Assembly: GCA_040954595.2 (NCBI GenBank)
Contig: CM082582.2
Location: 12,334,415 to 12,398,414, forward strand
Direction of reading: 5' to 3'
Length of the DNA stretch: 64,000 nucleotides
DNA from: Balanoglossus misakiensis
Lineage: Eukaryota > Animalia > Hemichordata
Shown: positions 33,601 to 46,400 of the stretch, in pieces
Layout of the letters: each line of letters begins with the position of its first letter
Numbering within the stretch: position 1 is the first letter of the stretch
Program-made: the position numbers and the translations under genes
Notes under the pieces: model-generated
The model's database searches: none
What the model was told of the DNA's origin: nothing
What the model saw: only the letters and a program-made list of their open reading frames with translations

Positions 33601-36600
33601 AAGCATCGCGCTTGACTGTGATATGAACGAGGTCGCTCTTCTGTAAGTTGTGGACCAGGCTTTTGAACTCGTCTTTTTCAAACACTCCACTTGTGTCATC
33701 TTTGATTCGTATCTCGTCCACCTTGAAGCAGCGATCGATGATTCCGATAACTGCCTTGATGGTATCTTCAGACGTAGACGTAATGACGACGTCAGACTCT
33801 CTCACTTCAATTCCGGCTTCTAGGTTTTGACTTTTGATCTGTTGGAGTAGATACCGTTTCCCTGGTTTCCTTTGCAGGAAAGCAATGAGTTGTCGCTTCG
33901 GAGCATTGTGATATTTTTCGTGAAATGAATTGAAGGCTTCGTAAACCTCACACATTGCTGGACTAAGGTCATCCTGGCAGCCAGTGAAGATTACACAGTT
34001 GGATTTCAAATCGATGGCAATATCCACTGCGTGTCGATCTCTGATTGCATCTAGTTGTTTCGAATTCTGCAGAAGGTACAGACGCCCAGTGCTTTGGTTG
34101 GAAATCTTAGACGTTTTTCTTCGTGATTCGCGTTCCAGTTTCTCCAAATAAGCGTTCCCTGATTGTCGAATCTTTTCTATTGCCTTATCCACGTCTGATG
34201 TCTTTCCAGTGAGATGTATTTCATGCTTTTGTTCATCCTTTCGCACTCTGAGCATGCTGGATGGAGTTTCTTCGAGGTCTGATAGTACTGATTGCAACAA
34301 TTTTGGATTGACAGTGACGTTCTTTTGGCTGTACAGACCGAAGAACTCGGCCAGCGCCGCTTGACTTTTTTCTTCCCATTCTTGTTTTTTCTTTTTTCCG
34401 TTGATAGTTTTACTGGACGAGACGCGTATGGTATCTCCTCCAAAACCGCGAAATACATTTGCGTCTGCAGCATCCATGACTCTACGGAACTCATCCCCGT
34501 GTTCAGGGTTAGATTCGATGAACTGGAAGACATCACGATTGACTGGCAGTGAGTATTCGGAGGTGTTCGACCCGCTTTGCGTCTTTTTAGTGGGTGGCGA
34601 GTATTCCTGCTCCTTCTGAAAGGGTTTTGTGTACACTTTCTCCTTTTGGTACTGCGTTGTCTTAACTTGTTTTGAGACTTCTGTCTTCTTTTTGTGTGGC
34701 GCTTTCTTAACAGGTGGTGAATATTCCTCCTCCTCTTCCTCGTCGGATTCGTCATCTTCTTCTTCCGGGTCACCACAGTCCTCGTCGGAATCCACTTCCA
34801 TGTGTCCGTAGAGAGCTGCCACAGAGAGGTCCTCGCCTTTGAAGGTGTGTGAGCGAGTCAGCACACTTGTTACGCCTGTGTTTAGAAAATCATCGGAAGT
34901 GTGAGACGAGATGGGGCAAGGGAACAACATTTACAACAAAGGGGATAATTTAGTTGGTTTTAGGCTACTTACATGAAGAGTCGCTAAATATCACTTTAGC
35001 TGAGCAATTATCTGCATTGACAATAACTTTGTCGACATCGCCACCACCACTTCGCTTTTTGTTCTCAAAGTAGAGTTCCAACCAATCTTCGGTGACGTCA
35101 TCGGGTAAGTCTCTGATGACGATCGTGTTTGTCTCATTTACTGGAAACAGTTGTAATCTCGAACGATCCAGAAACTTCTTCTTCTCTGGTCGTCTATCGA
35201 ACTTGTCGATCACCCTCTTTACATCTATTAGAATGGATAACGCAAGATCCTTTATATTACTTTCGCATTTACTAGTGTTGAACTCTCCTGGAAAAGTGTT
35301 CTCATGAAACATAAAAGATTCGTTTAATATGGTTCAACCAACAAAATCAAGTAAAACATATGGTGACCTGATGTCTATTTAAGTTCTATCAATGGGTTAC
35401 CTATGTCATCTTCAAACGTCACAACAGCTTGCTTCCGGTCTCCATCTTTGTCAACCTGAATGACATCACTTCCGGCTAAGTCCTTGACGAAGAATCCAAG
35501 GCAGTCTGAAGTTGTTTTTGCAGATACATTCTGTCGATCAGGATGTTCAAATTATTTTGAAGTTGACACTGATATTAAACGTTCATGCGAATTACTTTGA
35601 TTTGTATATTCTGCAGACAATATGTAAATATTTCTTGAGTATATTGTCTGTGTACAGCGACAAGTCTTACCATATACATTTTATATACAATATAACTTAG
35701 TTTAGCATTTTGGGTTATTTCACTTTCGGTTTAATATGCATTTATCTCCCCCCCCCCCCCACCACCACCACTTGAGAATATGTTTAAAATTAGTGATGAT
35801 TCATACTATAGATGGCGTAGGGTATAATTATTACAACAGCAAATATTTGTCATAGTTTTCAGAAAATAAATCCGCGAGTACTTCCTGGACTTACCTTGAT
35901 AAGTAACTTCCTACTGTCAGTTGATTCCTCTATATACAAATTTACTTTCAGTTCATCACCTAGCAGGGAATGTGAACGACGTACCACTCTTTCGGCAACT
36001 ATAAATTCAAAGGTTATAACTTATAGCTTCTTGTCCACGGCTGCCATCCATGCAGTCATATGATTGATTTGAACTTTGATATCTGGACTGGCCTCTTGGT
36101 TTACACGTCAGTAAATATACATACCTGACACTAACTAGTTCTACGAATTCTTTCCGATCTTCTGTGTGAATTTACCCCGAAACTCTCATTTCCATTTTAG
36201 AATTTAAAACGAATTTCCATTTAAAGGATTTTGTTCGTATTTAACATGTTTGTTGGCAATACCGGTAAGATTAACTTAAATTTAGCACTTTCACTTTGTC
36301 TCATACTTTTATTTTCTCCGTGTCAATTTGAATTGAGCTTGATACATGTCAGTATCATAAAGGGTTCAGTGTTGTTGACAATGTAATACTCTGACTTTGG
36401 AATAATCAATCAACAATTGAATCATATGTGTTTAAAGTGACCTTCGGTCCCATTGTTAGTCTCCATTTTGGAATCATGCAAACAGAAAATAATGTTCCAT
36501 GCGATATTTCCTTTTACGAACAATACCTTACCCTTTGGGTCTTCAAATGTGATGAGATACCGAGTTCCTTTCCTGATGATTTCGGCGACGTCACCACCTC

Positions 36601-36706
36601 CAGACCGCTTTTTGTTTTCAAAGTACAACTCTAAAGTTTCTTTGTCCGCAGTACAGTTTGAGACTTCTATTTTAGCCCCTTCACCTTTACCTGCAGCAGA
36701 GGCCAT
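27670..36706 (-). CDS. PARP14/PARP10-like mono-ADP-ribosyltransferase (RRMs / acidic tract / KH-like region / 2 macrodomains / KH-like / WWE / PARP catalytic), about 21 exons
   Basis: N-terminal [14 protein letters not shown] RRMs; macro motifs GDISVEKVDAIVNS..SIAFPSLGTG and [22 protein letters not shown]; WWE exon 29118-28910; catalytic LYHGT (28181-28087), GKGVYFA and QAYPEYLITF (27956-27670); one junction (31400 to 31044) has unresolved phase. Confidence 0.87.
30563..30628. repeat. (TCA)22 microsatellite in PARP intron
   Basis: Direct reading; source of the poly-M and poly-D ORF artefacts. Confidence 0.95.
34968..35649. repeat. Left arm of near-identical inverted duplication (partner 38461-39140)
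   Basis: Reverse complement matches 38461-39140 across two exons and intron sequence with few differences. Confidence 0.92.
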
Positions 36707-37716
36707 GTTGTGACTTTGCTGGCAACGATTATCAGTGCAGAAACTGCTTCGTGTTTGTTCGTTTAAAGAGCTGAGTTAGCTGTCTGACAATCTATAAGTG
36801 TTAAACGCCGCAGCTATTTCACTGTAATCTTGCTACATTAAGAGCCATCAAAAGTCTGACACCAGTCTTCACTGTCCAGAAGGGGAATGAATGTGGCGTT
36901 CCGTGGGCCAAGGCGCTTGCGTATATTTCAAGGGGGTTTCCACGAAGTCATATTTTAATAACAGACGGGAAAAACCGATTTGACGTACATGTAGTTCAAA
37001 AGGTAGCGCCCTCATGCATGTTGCACCACAATTGACCTTTAATATTTCATGAAAATAACCCAATGTGTACCAATATGCAACCAGTTGGGACGTGAATGTG
37101 ACTTTAATTACTACATTCATGCATATTATTACTTTGGTCGATGACTGTTTAATGTGCTTGTAGGCCTAGACATGTTGACCCATTTTCACCTTGCCCTCCT
37201 TCCAATCCCATATTACATATTCATGCTTCGTGGAAATGTTAAAGAGAAAGGCCACCATTATCTATGTCAAGGTATTTTCGCTTTTGTCTAATGTTGCTTT
37301 GAGCAAAGGGTTTTAAACGAGGTTTTTCAAATTCATGGTCGGCCACGTTTATCACTTTTCCTGTATTAATAAAGTAACTTTATTGCATAGCAACACACTA
37401 GGCCTAAGTGTGGCAAATCAGGTATTAAAGACTACTGCTGGGGATTATACCGGGACCCGGGGGTGACACAGTATCAGTTGAGGGCGTAATACGTCATGTT
37501 GGTTTTTCCCTTATCCAAATTCGTAGAAATCCCCTTGATGTATTCAATCACAGATTGCCGTACATGCAGCCATTTGGCCTGCCGTTTAAAGCTGTGTGAA
37601 TCGTGTTATTATAGAGAAAGTGGTGCACTATTTCGCATCTTGGTGGTTCAACTTTATTAGTAGCCGTGCTAAAATGAACGACGAAACATAGCAGTTTAAC
37701 ACTGATAATCGTTGCC
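36707..37716. promoter_or_regulatory. Bidirectional promoter region (about 1 kb) between PARP and gene B, with mirrored GAS/kB/CRE-like modules
   Basis: Divergent ATGs at 36706 and 37717; 36928-36946 matches 37520-37538 inverted (17/19); 36967-36987 matches 37490-37510 inverted. Confidence 0.65.
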
Positions 37717-40700
37717 ATGGCTACCGCTGCAGAAAACGGGACCAGAATAGAAGTTTCAAATTGCAGTGCGGACAGAGAGACATTAGAGCTGTACTTTGAG
37801 AACACAAAACGGTCCGGAGGAGGCGAGGTCCTCGAAATCACTCGGAAAGGAACTCGATATCTCATCGCATTTGAAGACCCGACAGGTAAGTACGTGTCAA
37901 GGACTGCAGGCATGGCAGCTGTGTCAAAGAGATATCGCGTGTATTTTCCAAATGGGGACTACTAGGCTAAGGGTCACTTTAATTTAAATACAATACATAA
38001 CTTTGTATTTATTCCGAAAATCAATATGTTTGGATTGTCATAGAGATAAACCACTCTAGTACAGTGCACCACAGCCATTTGGCCTCCCCGAAAGCAAACA
38101 TTTCTCTTTTATATATATATCAGAGACCTCTAGCACCCTCCCCAATGGCACATGAATTATACCCCCTTCTTGTCTTGACTTTTATAGTTGCCGAAAGAGT
38201 GGTTGGTCGGCCACACTCAATGCTAGGCGATGAGGTGGGAGTAAAGTTATATAAAGAAAAACCTATTGACTGTAAGAAGTTACTTGTCAAAGTAAGTCTA
38301 CTGAGAGATGTAACTAGAATATAATGTTGTGGGAAGGGGGAATATAAAATGAATAACTTTAAAGGCGGTGGTATATTTCAGCAAAAGCAAGTCAGTTCAA
38401 GAGGCGCTCTGAAGATATAGAACCAGGCGTGATGTATTCAAAAATGCGGAAGCGAAACTAAGACAATATACTCAAGAAATATTTACATATTGTCTGCAGA
38501 ATATACAAATCAAAGTAATTCGCATGAAAGTTTAATATCAATGTCAACTTCAGCAAATAATTTGAACATCTTGATCGACAGAATGTATCTGCAAAAACAA
38601 CTTCAGACTGCCTTGGATACTTCTTAAAGGACATAGCCGGAAGTGATGTCATTCAGGTTGACAAAGATGGAGACCGGAAGCAAGTTGTTGTGACGTTTGA
38701 AGATGACATAAGTAACCATTGATAGAACTTAAATAGACATCATGTCACCATATGTTTTACTTGATTTTTTTTGTTGAACCATATTAAACGAATCTTTTAT
38801 GTTTCATGAGAATACTTTTTAGGAGTGTTCAACACTAGTAAATGCGAAAGTAACATAAAGGATCTTGCGTTATCCATTCTAATAGATGTAAAGAGGGTGA
38901 TCGACGAGTTCGATAGACGACCAGAGAAGAAGTTTCTGGATCGTTCGAGATTACAACTGTTTCCAGTAAATGAGACAAACACGATTGTCATCACCGACTT
39001 ACCCGATGACGTCACCAAAGAATTGTTGGAGCTGTACTTTGAGAACAAAAAGCGAAGTGGTGGTGGCGATGTTGAAAATGTCATTGTCAATGCAGATAAT
39101 TCCTCTGCTAAAGTAACATTTAGCGATGCTTCGTGTAAGTCAGAGGAAATTAGTCATCCGTTTTAAATTTGCTGTGAATGTTTTCATTGTAGTTCCATTT
39201 ATTCAGTGCACCGAAGCTTACAATGACCGATTGCTATCTGTATACAGGCGTTATGAATGTTGTGGATCGCAAACACACCTTGAAAGAAAAAAAACTCTCT
39301 GTGACCGCCTTCTTTGAACATATGGAAGAAGATGACCTTGATGAACTGGGAGAGGGTGACGTTGTAGATGAAGAGAACAGGGAGCAGCAACAACAACAAC
39401 AACAGGAGGAGGAGGAGGAAGAAGACGTGGAAATGGAGGAAGAAGAGGAGGAGGAAGATGAGGAGGAGGAGGAGGAGGAAGAAGAGCAGCAACATGACGA
39501 CCAGGAAGACATGGAGACTGATGACAAATCCTCAAAACCCGTTCATAATCTGGAGAACAAAAATGAGAAAGTATGCCGGTTGAATGCGATCTGGTGTTGC
39601 GTTTATGACGACTATTCCGAATGTGTTCGTCATGTCCAACCCTTGTAAATGCTCTTTCGGTGCAGATAGGGATTATAGTACATGATATGCTTCGATCTTT
39701 CTTTTTTCCCTTCATAAACCAATGTTAACAAGCATTTACCTCTATTTCTTAATGAAGTAGTCAATGAACTCTTGTCATTTCTAGAGCGAAGTCAGAAGAG
39801 ATAGTTATCAATCGGAAGAATGCAGAAATGGACCGTCTGCATCGTCGACAGACTATGCTAAATCTGCCAAAGGGAAACCAACGGGAAACATGAGATCCAT
39901 AAAGGGGAGAGATAGGAACTCAAAATCGCCATTCAAACATGCCAAAAAACCTGGTCTACCAGTCACCAAACAAGATCGCGTACCCGACAACCGTGGTCGT
40001 TCAAAGAATTTTAGTTTATTGTGCGAAACAGGTGGCATAAAAGTGTCCATATGTCAAGGGGACATCACCAAAGAAAATGTTGACGTCATCGTAAGCTCGA
40101 CAGATAAAGATTTACAGAACAAAGGCGGGGTTTCCAAAGCAATTGCGAATGCTGGAGGAAATAGCTTCCGGAGGGAGTGCGCTGAACTCTCCAGATCGGG
40201 TCGGGTTAATGTCGGCGATATTGTGCACACGGGTTCTGGCAACCTTCGCTGTAAACATGTCGTCCATGTTATTACTCCCAGAAGAGGTACAGCTTCATTT
40301 GGCAGTGGTCATATGCAAAGCGAGTTGAACAACACATTGATGAAGGTCTTCAAATACGCTTCTAATAAACTGAGAGCGTCTTCAGTAGCTTTGCCAGCTA
40401 TTGGAACAGGTGAGGATCGCAGGAAATTGATCTTCACACATACAAATAATCTTTCGTACTGATTTCGATTTTTTTGTTGTTATATAAATCGATCAACAGA
40501 AGCAATAATTACAAAATTATTATCAGTTAAAATCCTACTCACTGTTAATTTATTTTCAGGTACTCATGGAATACCTGCGAGAACGTGCGCTGAGATATTT
40601 CATTCTGCTATCAGAAATTATTCCAGAGACAGCAGCACGAAAGGTCGCCTTAAGGAGATCAAATTGGTCAATATTGAACCAAACACTGTCCAGTCGTTCG

Positions 40701-41767
40701 CTGACAAATTTTCAGCGGACGCGTGCTATGGAAAAGTCGTCAAACAAGGTTTCCAACGGCAACATTCAGGACGCTACTCCCGCTCAGATAGCTCTGATGA
40801 TGATTATGACGATGATCGTGATGGTGATGGTGATAACGATAGCCTATCAAGCATGAACATCGCGGTGTCGAGTAGTCAAGGAGAATGCAAGATATGCACT
40901 GAAAGTGACGTCACTCTTAAAGAAATGAACTGTTGCCAACAAACCATGTGTGATCAATGTCTTGGACGTCACTTCAAGACTGATTCCAAGTGTCCGTTCT
41001 GTACGAAATTGGTTATGAAGTTGAAGGGTAACCAGCCAAAAGGAAAGATGGATCCATGGATCGACCGACACGATCATTTGCCGGGTTATGAAGGAAGTGG
41101 TACGATTGTTATAAGTTATGAGTTCCCTGATGGCAAACAGAAGGTCAGTATACTTTATGTCTGCCCTATCAGCAAACAACAGAGTATTACTTCACTGGTG
41201 ACATACTGTTAGTTCCATGACTTTCGTTTTAACTATTGACAAGCAGCTGTCTGTCTTGACCACATTTCATGGACCGGGTTTTATCCGAGCCATTAATTAA
41301 TTTTATTTTTTTCCTGCAGGAAAACCATCCCAATCCCGGTGAACCATACACCGGCACCAGAAGAAAGGTTTATCTCCCAGCAAATGAAGAAGGTCGCCAA
41401 GTTCTCAAACTTTTTGAGAGGGCGTTCAAAGAGAAGCTTCTGTTTACCATCGGCAGTTCCATTACCAGAGGGAAAGACAACATAGTGGTCTGGAATGATA
41501 TTCATCAAAAGACCAGTCGGACTGGCGGCTATTCAAAGTAATCACCTCTTCAATGATATACTAGTAGTTCTCATACCAGTATTACGTCTGCTTTTGATTT
41601 TTGTCTGTCTGTGTTTAGCCCTGACTTCTGTCACTGTACAGACCTCCGCAGATTTGTTGATGGCCAACTGATGAGGTATATGTCTTTCATTTTACAGCTA
41701 TGGTTATCCAGATCCAAAGTATCTTACACGCGTCAAAGAGGAATTGGCAGCAAAGGGAATTAAATGA
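37717..41767 (+). CDS. Gene B: DTX3L-like E3 ligase fused to a macrodomain (RRMs / polyQ-polyE tract / Macro / RING / Deltex C-terminal), about 844 aa
   Basis: Exons 37717-37885, 38188-38291, 38582-38711, 38823-39134, 39248-39570, 39785-40409, 40560-41143, 41320-41537, 41698-41767 join in frame (2535 nt); macro [26 protein letters not shown]; RING CKIC..CDQC..CPFC; [28 protein letters not shown]. Confidence 0.9.
38461..39140. repeat. Right arm of near-identical inverted duplication (partner 34968-35649)
   Basis: Starts agacaatatactcaagaaatatttacatattgtctgcag, the reverse complement of 35611-35649. Confidence 0.92.
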
Positions 41768-42043
41768 TGTTGGCTGAAGATACATCAATCCTGAAGAATT
41801 TCAACGGTCGTATCAAAATATTAGTGAGCTTGAGAGGATTAACACTGATTTTGCATTTAACCCTGCCTTAGAGAGCAAACTGAGAAACTGTAGTTTATAT
41901 ACCAAACAAAATTACTGAAAAAATAGCCTAAAGTTCCAGATAGTGGATCTTAAAAAACACCAACACATCAAGAGTCGTACAGTTGATCTTTTATTAAAAC
42001 AGAACACTTTGAAGTCAACCTCTAAACAAGTATTGTACAGATG

Positions 42044-43096
42044 CTATGTCATTGTCATCACATTGGTTACTTCTGTCACATGTTCTCTTGTGGCTTGATC
42101 TAACACTGCAAAAATGTCCTTGCAACCTTGGATTCCAATGTCCAACACTTTCTCTAAATTATCTGCATGTAGTCTAGAGTTCTGCTGGAAGAGAACGATC
42201 TGTTCGGACTTTGGCAGGAGGGCTAAAATCACCTCCGGCCCTCCGGATGACTCTTCTAAGTAGCTGATGTCTACCACTGGAGTGTCCTCAAGAAGACTCG
42301 CTGTACAGGCACAGACATAATCTCGCATCGGTATCCCTGCATCTATAATCGCTAACGTGGCAGCATTGACACAGGCACAATAGTTACCACCATCAGACTG
42401 CAATATCTGGAAGAGATGTTATACGCGATATAAGTATCATAGTTGCATAGTTCAGCTTCCTTTTATGAAATAAAACAATTCGCAAACCTCTGCCTAGGTG
42501 TGAGTTGATTCCATTGGTGTTCACGTTCGAATAACAGTATGATGGTTTGTTAAAACTCTTGGTGAGACAACATACCTGAACATAAATATCAATCTGTGAT
42601 CGTGGATACAAATGTGTGAGAATGGCAGCTTCAAAGGTACGTCTCAGATTGACAGACATTTCTTGTGACCTTCTGTCTCCTTTTGGTCTTCTCTTTCTTT
42701 CACCTGTGCTGAATGTAGCCATGCTGTACTGGCAGTTTATAAGTACCTTGTCGTGCAATGCCTTGGATCGACTACCAGTGATCTGTTGGGAAAGCACAAC
42801 ACTGTTACTCTTGAAGTAGTGATTGCCATTTCTACTGGGCCAGATCTAATATTGATTTTACCGAGCGAGAGAGTACTGTTTTACTGTACTGTGTACATGT
42901 ACATTACATTGAATACAATACAAACCTCATGCGGTCCATACACAGTCGCCAGAACTTTAGTGTTTCCTTGTTCGACATATGCTGATCCATCGGCCTGCTG
43001 AAACATGCCCAGGCGACATCTTATTTTGCGTAATTCATGCGGCCTTCGGCCATCCACTCGAAAGCCTTGATCAGACAACAGTTCGATACCTGCCAT
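42044..43096 (-). CDS. EXOSC4: Exosome complex component RRP41 (3 exons, 246 aa)
   Basis: Exons 43096-42926, 42782-42576, 42406-42044; MAGIELLSDQGFRVDGRR, ADGSAYVEQGNTKV, YPRSQIDIYVQ, DGGNYCACVNAATLA. Confidence 0.96.
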
Positions 43097-43480
43097 TTTC
43101 ACATAAACCTCGCCGGTGTTGCTAAATTTACACTACTTCCGTGTTGTAACCTCGTCCGAATACCATTTCGTTTAACTGGTGTTATTGTCGAAAAATATGA
43201 AATTACTGATGTCATAATGCAATATGTTGTTTATTCAGTAATGTTATATGCACTATTATAAGAGATAGAAGTGTACTGCACCGATTTTAATCGGTGGGAG
43301 TAATATAAGAACGAAGTTACCACGACCTTTGAACTCATAACCTTTGACACGAGAACTAAGGTTCGTGTCAGACATGCTTTACATATAACGGTACGCTGTA
43401 AACAAGTGTTTGCATTTGCTGACATACGACAGTGCCTGTGTCAATAAAAAGCAACCAGGCCACTGCCAGCTTCTCAGGAC

Positions 43481-46400
43481 ATGATGGCAGGGCGGAAAGT
43501 AATGAACTCTGCAATCAACAAGTTCTGTTTTGCGATTGATCGGGGTGGAACTTTCACCGACATCTACGCAAGATGTCCGGGTGGAAAAGTTCGTGTGATG
43601 AAACTCCTGTCGGAAGACCCAAGCAACTATTCAGATGCACCACGAGAAGGCATACGCCGAATTTTAGAAACGGTAGGTGAAATGATCAGATTTTGATGTT
43701 TTCCGAAAGGCGCAGAAGGGAATAGTTGCCGAAATAAGGTGACGATCAAGCCAGACTTCATCAAACCTGATGAGCGATGTGCAATCTGCAAGTCACGATG
43801 ACATGTACATTTCTTGCTCCCCGTTTCAAACGAGCTAAGGAAATTAAAATGTGGGCAGTCTTTGTGAAATGCCCTTTTGTTCATAATATGACAGTGATTT
43901 ATGTGAACTATAAGTTTTGGGGCACATATCATGACGCGATCACATCTTTTCTAGTATACGAGATGATTTAAAGGGACAAGGGCTTCACCTTTTAGCTTCT
44001 TATATTTCACTCTGGAGATGAGTGCTGATTGATATAGTTCAACTTGATTACTTTACAGGAAACTGGAAAATCGATGCCAGCCACAGAACCGCTGGATACT
44101 TCACTAATTGAATGGATACGAATGGGAACAACTGTAGCAACCAATGCTTTACTGGAAAGGAAGGGAGAACGCATCGCTTTGGCCATCACTAAAGGTTTTA
44201 AAGATTTATTGTACATTGGAAACCAAGCCAGACCTAAGATATTTGATTTGGTGAGTTCAACAGTATCTTTTTACATATTGAAGAAAAAACGTAGACCATT
44301 AAACAGACATTAAAACACACCTCTCTTAGGTAGACTTGTTTAAAGTCAAATTTAAAGACAACATTTTGTAGTGTGTCCCAATTCTTTTTACAGGAAATAA
44401 TAACCCCTGGTGTGTTGTATGAAGAAATTATTGAAGTTCCTGAGAGGCTGATCCTACAACAAGATAAATGTCAATTGGAAAAGAAGAATTTGAAAACAGT
44501 AGTTGGCACCACTGGAGAGAAGGTTTGCACACTGTGTCCATGTGAAGTTTCAGCTTCATCACATTGTTTTCAAAGCCAAGTTGCAAAATAAAACAATATT
44601 AAGAGCCACTTCCCATAATGCATTGCTACATATTCAGACACACATCTTTATAGCAAGCCATATTTTATTTAATTCAGTTAGATGTTTGGCAAGCTGTTGA
44701 CAAGGAACAACTGAAGAAAGAATTCCAGAAAGTTCTCGACAAAGGTATCAAGAGTCTGGCTGTACTTCTCCTGCATTCCTACACGTAAGTATACAGATTA
44801 TGTTCATGACTTCTCTATATATACGTTAAATATTCTTCATCAAGTGTGCTTGCATTTCCTTTGTGGAGAGCTGATAAATGATGTAAACCAACTCTTTTTT
44901 TTTCACAGTTATGACGGACATGAGCATGAAGTGGGTGATTTGGCCAAAGAGATGGGTTTCACTCATGTGTCACTGTCTAGCCATGTCATGCCAATGGTCA
45001 GAGCTGTCCCGAGAGGTTACACTGGTAAGTTCACATTTCAGCCACAGATTTCCTCAACATAAAATACAGCAGTGCACTGGTAGCATTTACTTCAACTTAC
45101 GACATCAATTCATGAGGGAGAAAGTGGACATCTTATCTATTAATTTAATTATAACTGAAATACATTTCTCAAAGCCAAAAATAATTATAGCTGTATGTGC
45201 CTGTACACGTCTGCCCAACAATCATCTCCTTTATTTAACTGGAGTGTGCATTAGACCGAAAATAACCTCAACTGAAAATACCCGGGTACATCACAGATGG
45301 TGTGTGTCCTCATCCAACTCGAGCCCCAGTAAGAAGTATCTGCAATACAAAAACCTCTTTTTCCTCTTCTAGCATGTGCTGATGCCTATTTAACTCCCCA
45401 CATCAAGAGATATGTGAGCAGTTTTGCATCAGGATTTCAAAATGAGCTTGAAGGATGTAGAGTCTTGTTCATGCAATCCGATGGTGGACTGACACCCATG
45501 CATAAGTAGGTCAATGGTTGAATTGTATGTATTTTGAAACTTGAAACGTGCAAGCTAATCTAAACCTTTCAAAACAAATTCAAAATGATAAATGTATATT
45601 AATGTTTTCATAGGTTCAATGGCTCCAGAGCCATAGTGTCTGGACCTGCAGGGGGAGTTGTAGGCTATGCAGTTACCACCTATAAGAAAGAATCTGATCT
45701 ACCAGTTATTGGTTTTGACATGGGAGGTAATAAAAATATGTTATGAATGTAGTCTTATAATTCTTGTTATGTAATATGTCATGATCTGTTATTTATGAAG
45801 AATAGGGAGTAATTATTTCATTATTGTCCTCTGCAGGAACTTCTACTGATGTCAGTAGATATGATGGACAGTATGAACATGTATTCGAATCCACTACAGC
45901 AGGGGTCACCATTCAAGCACCACAGGTCAGTACTGACTGGAGAAAATAAAAGGCCCATAGTTACTGACGCAGATAACATTTCTAAAGATATCAACAATAA
46001 ACCTTTCATCTGTCCATGAAGCTTTTCATTCAGCTCCACAAGCAAAACAAAGGGTCAAAGGTGTATAACTTTTGCCCTTTTCAGTGTATATTGCAATTCA
46101 GTGATAGCTGTATATTCAGCAAGCCATATGACCCTAATAGGAAGTCATCCATGTACACTCCACTTTATAACATGCTAATTATAAAATGTTTTGTCTGACC
46201 GTTTTCTTATTGGATATAATTATTCTTTCCCTCTTTGATAACAGCTTGATATCAACACAGTTGCCGCTGGTGGTGGATCGATGTTAATTTTCCGCTCAGG
46301 TTTATTTGTCGTCGGACCGGAATCTGCAGGTGCTCATCCAGGACCGACATGCTACAGAAAAGGTCAATAGAGTCATTTAGTCATCTGATAGACGGTTCAA

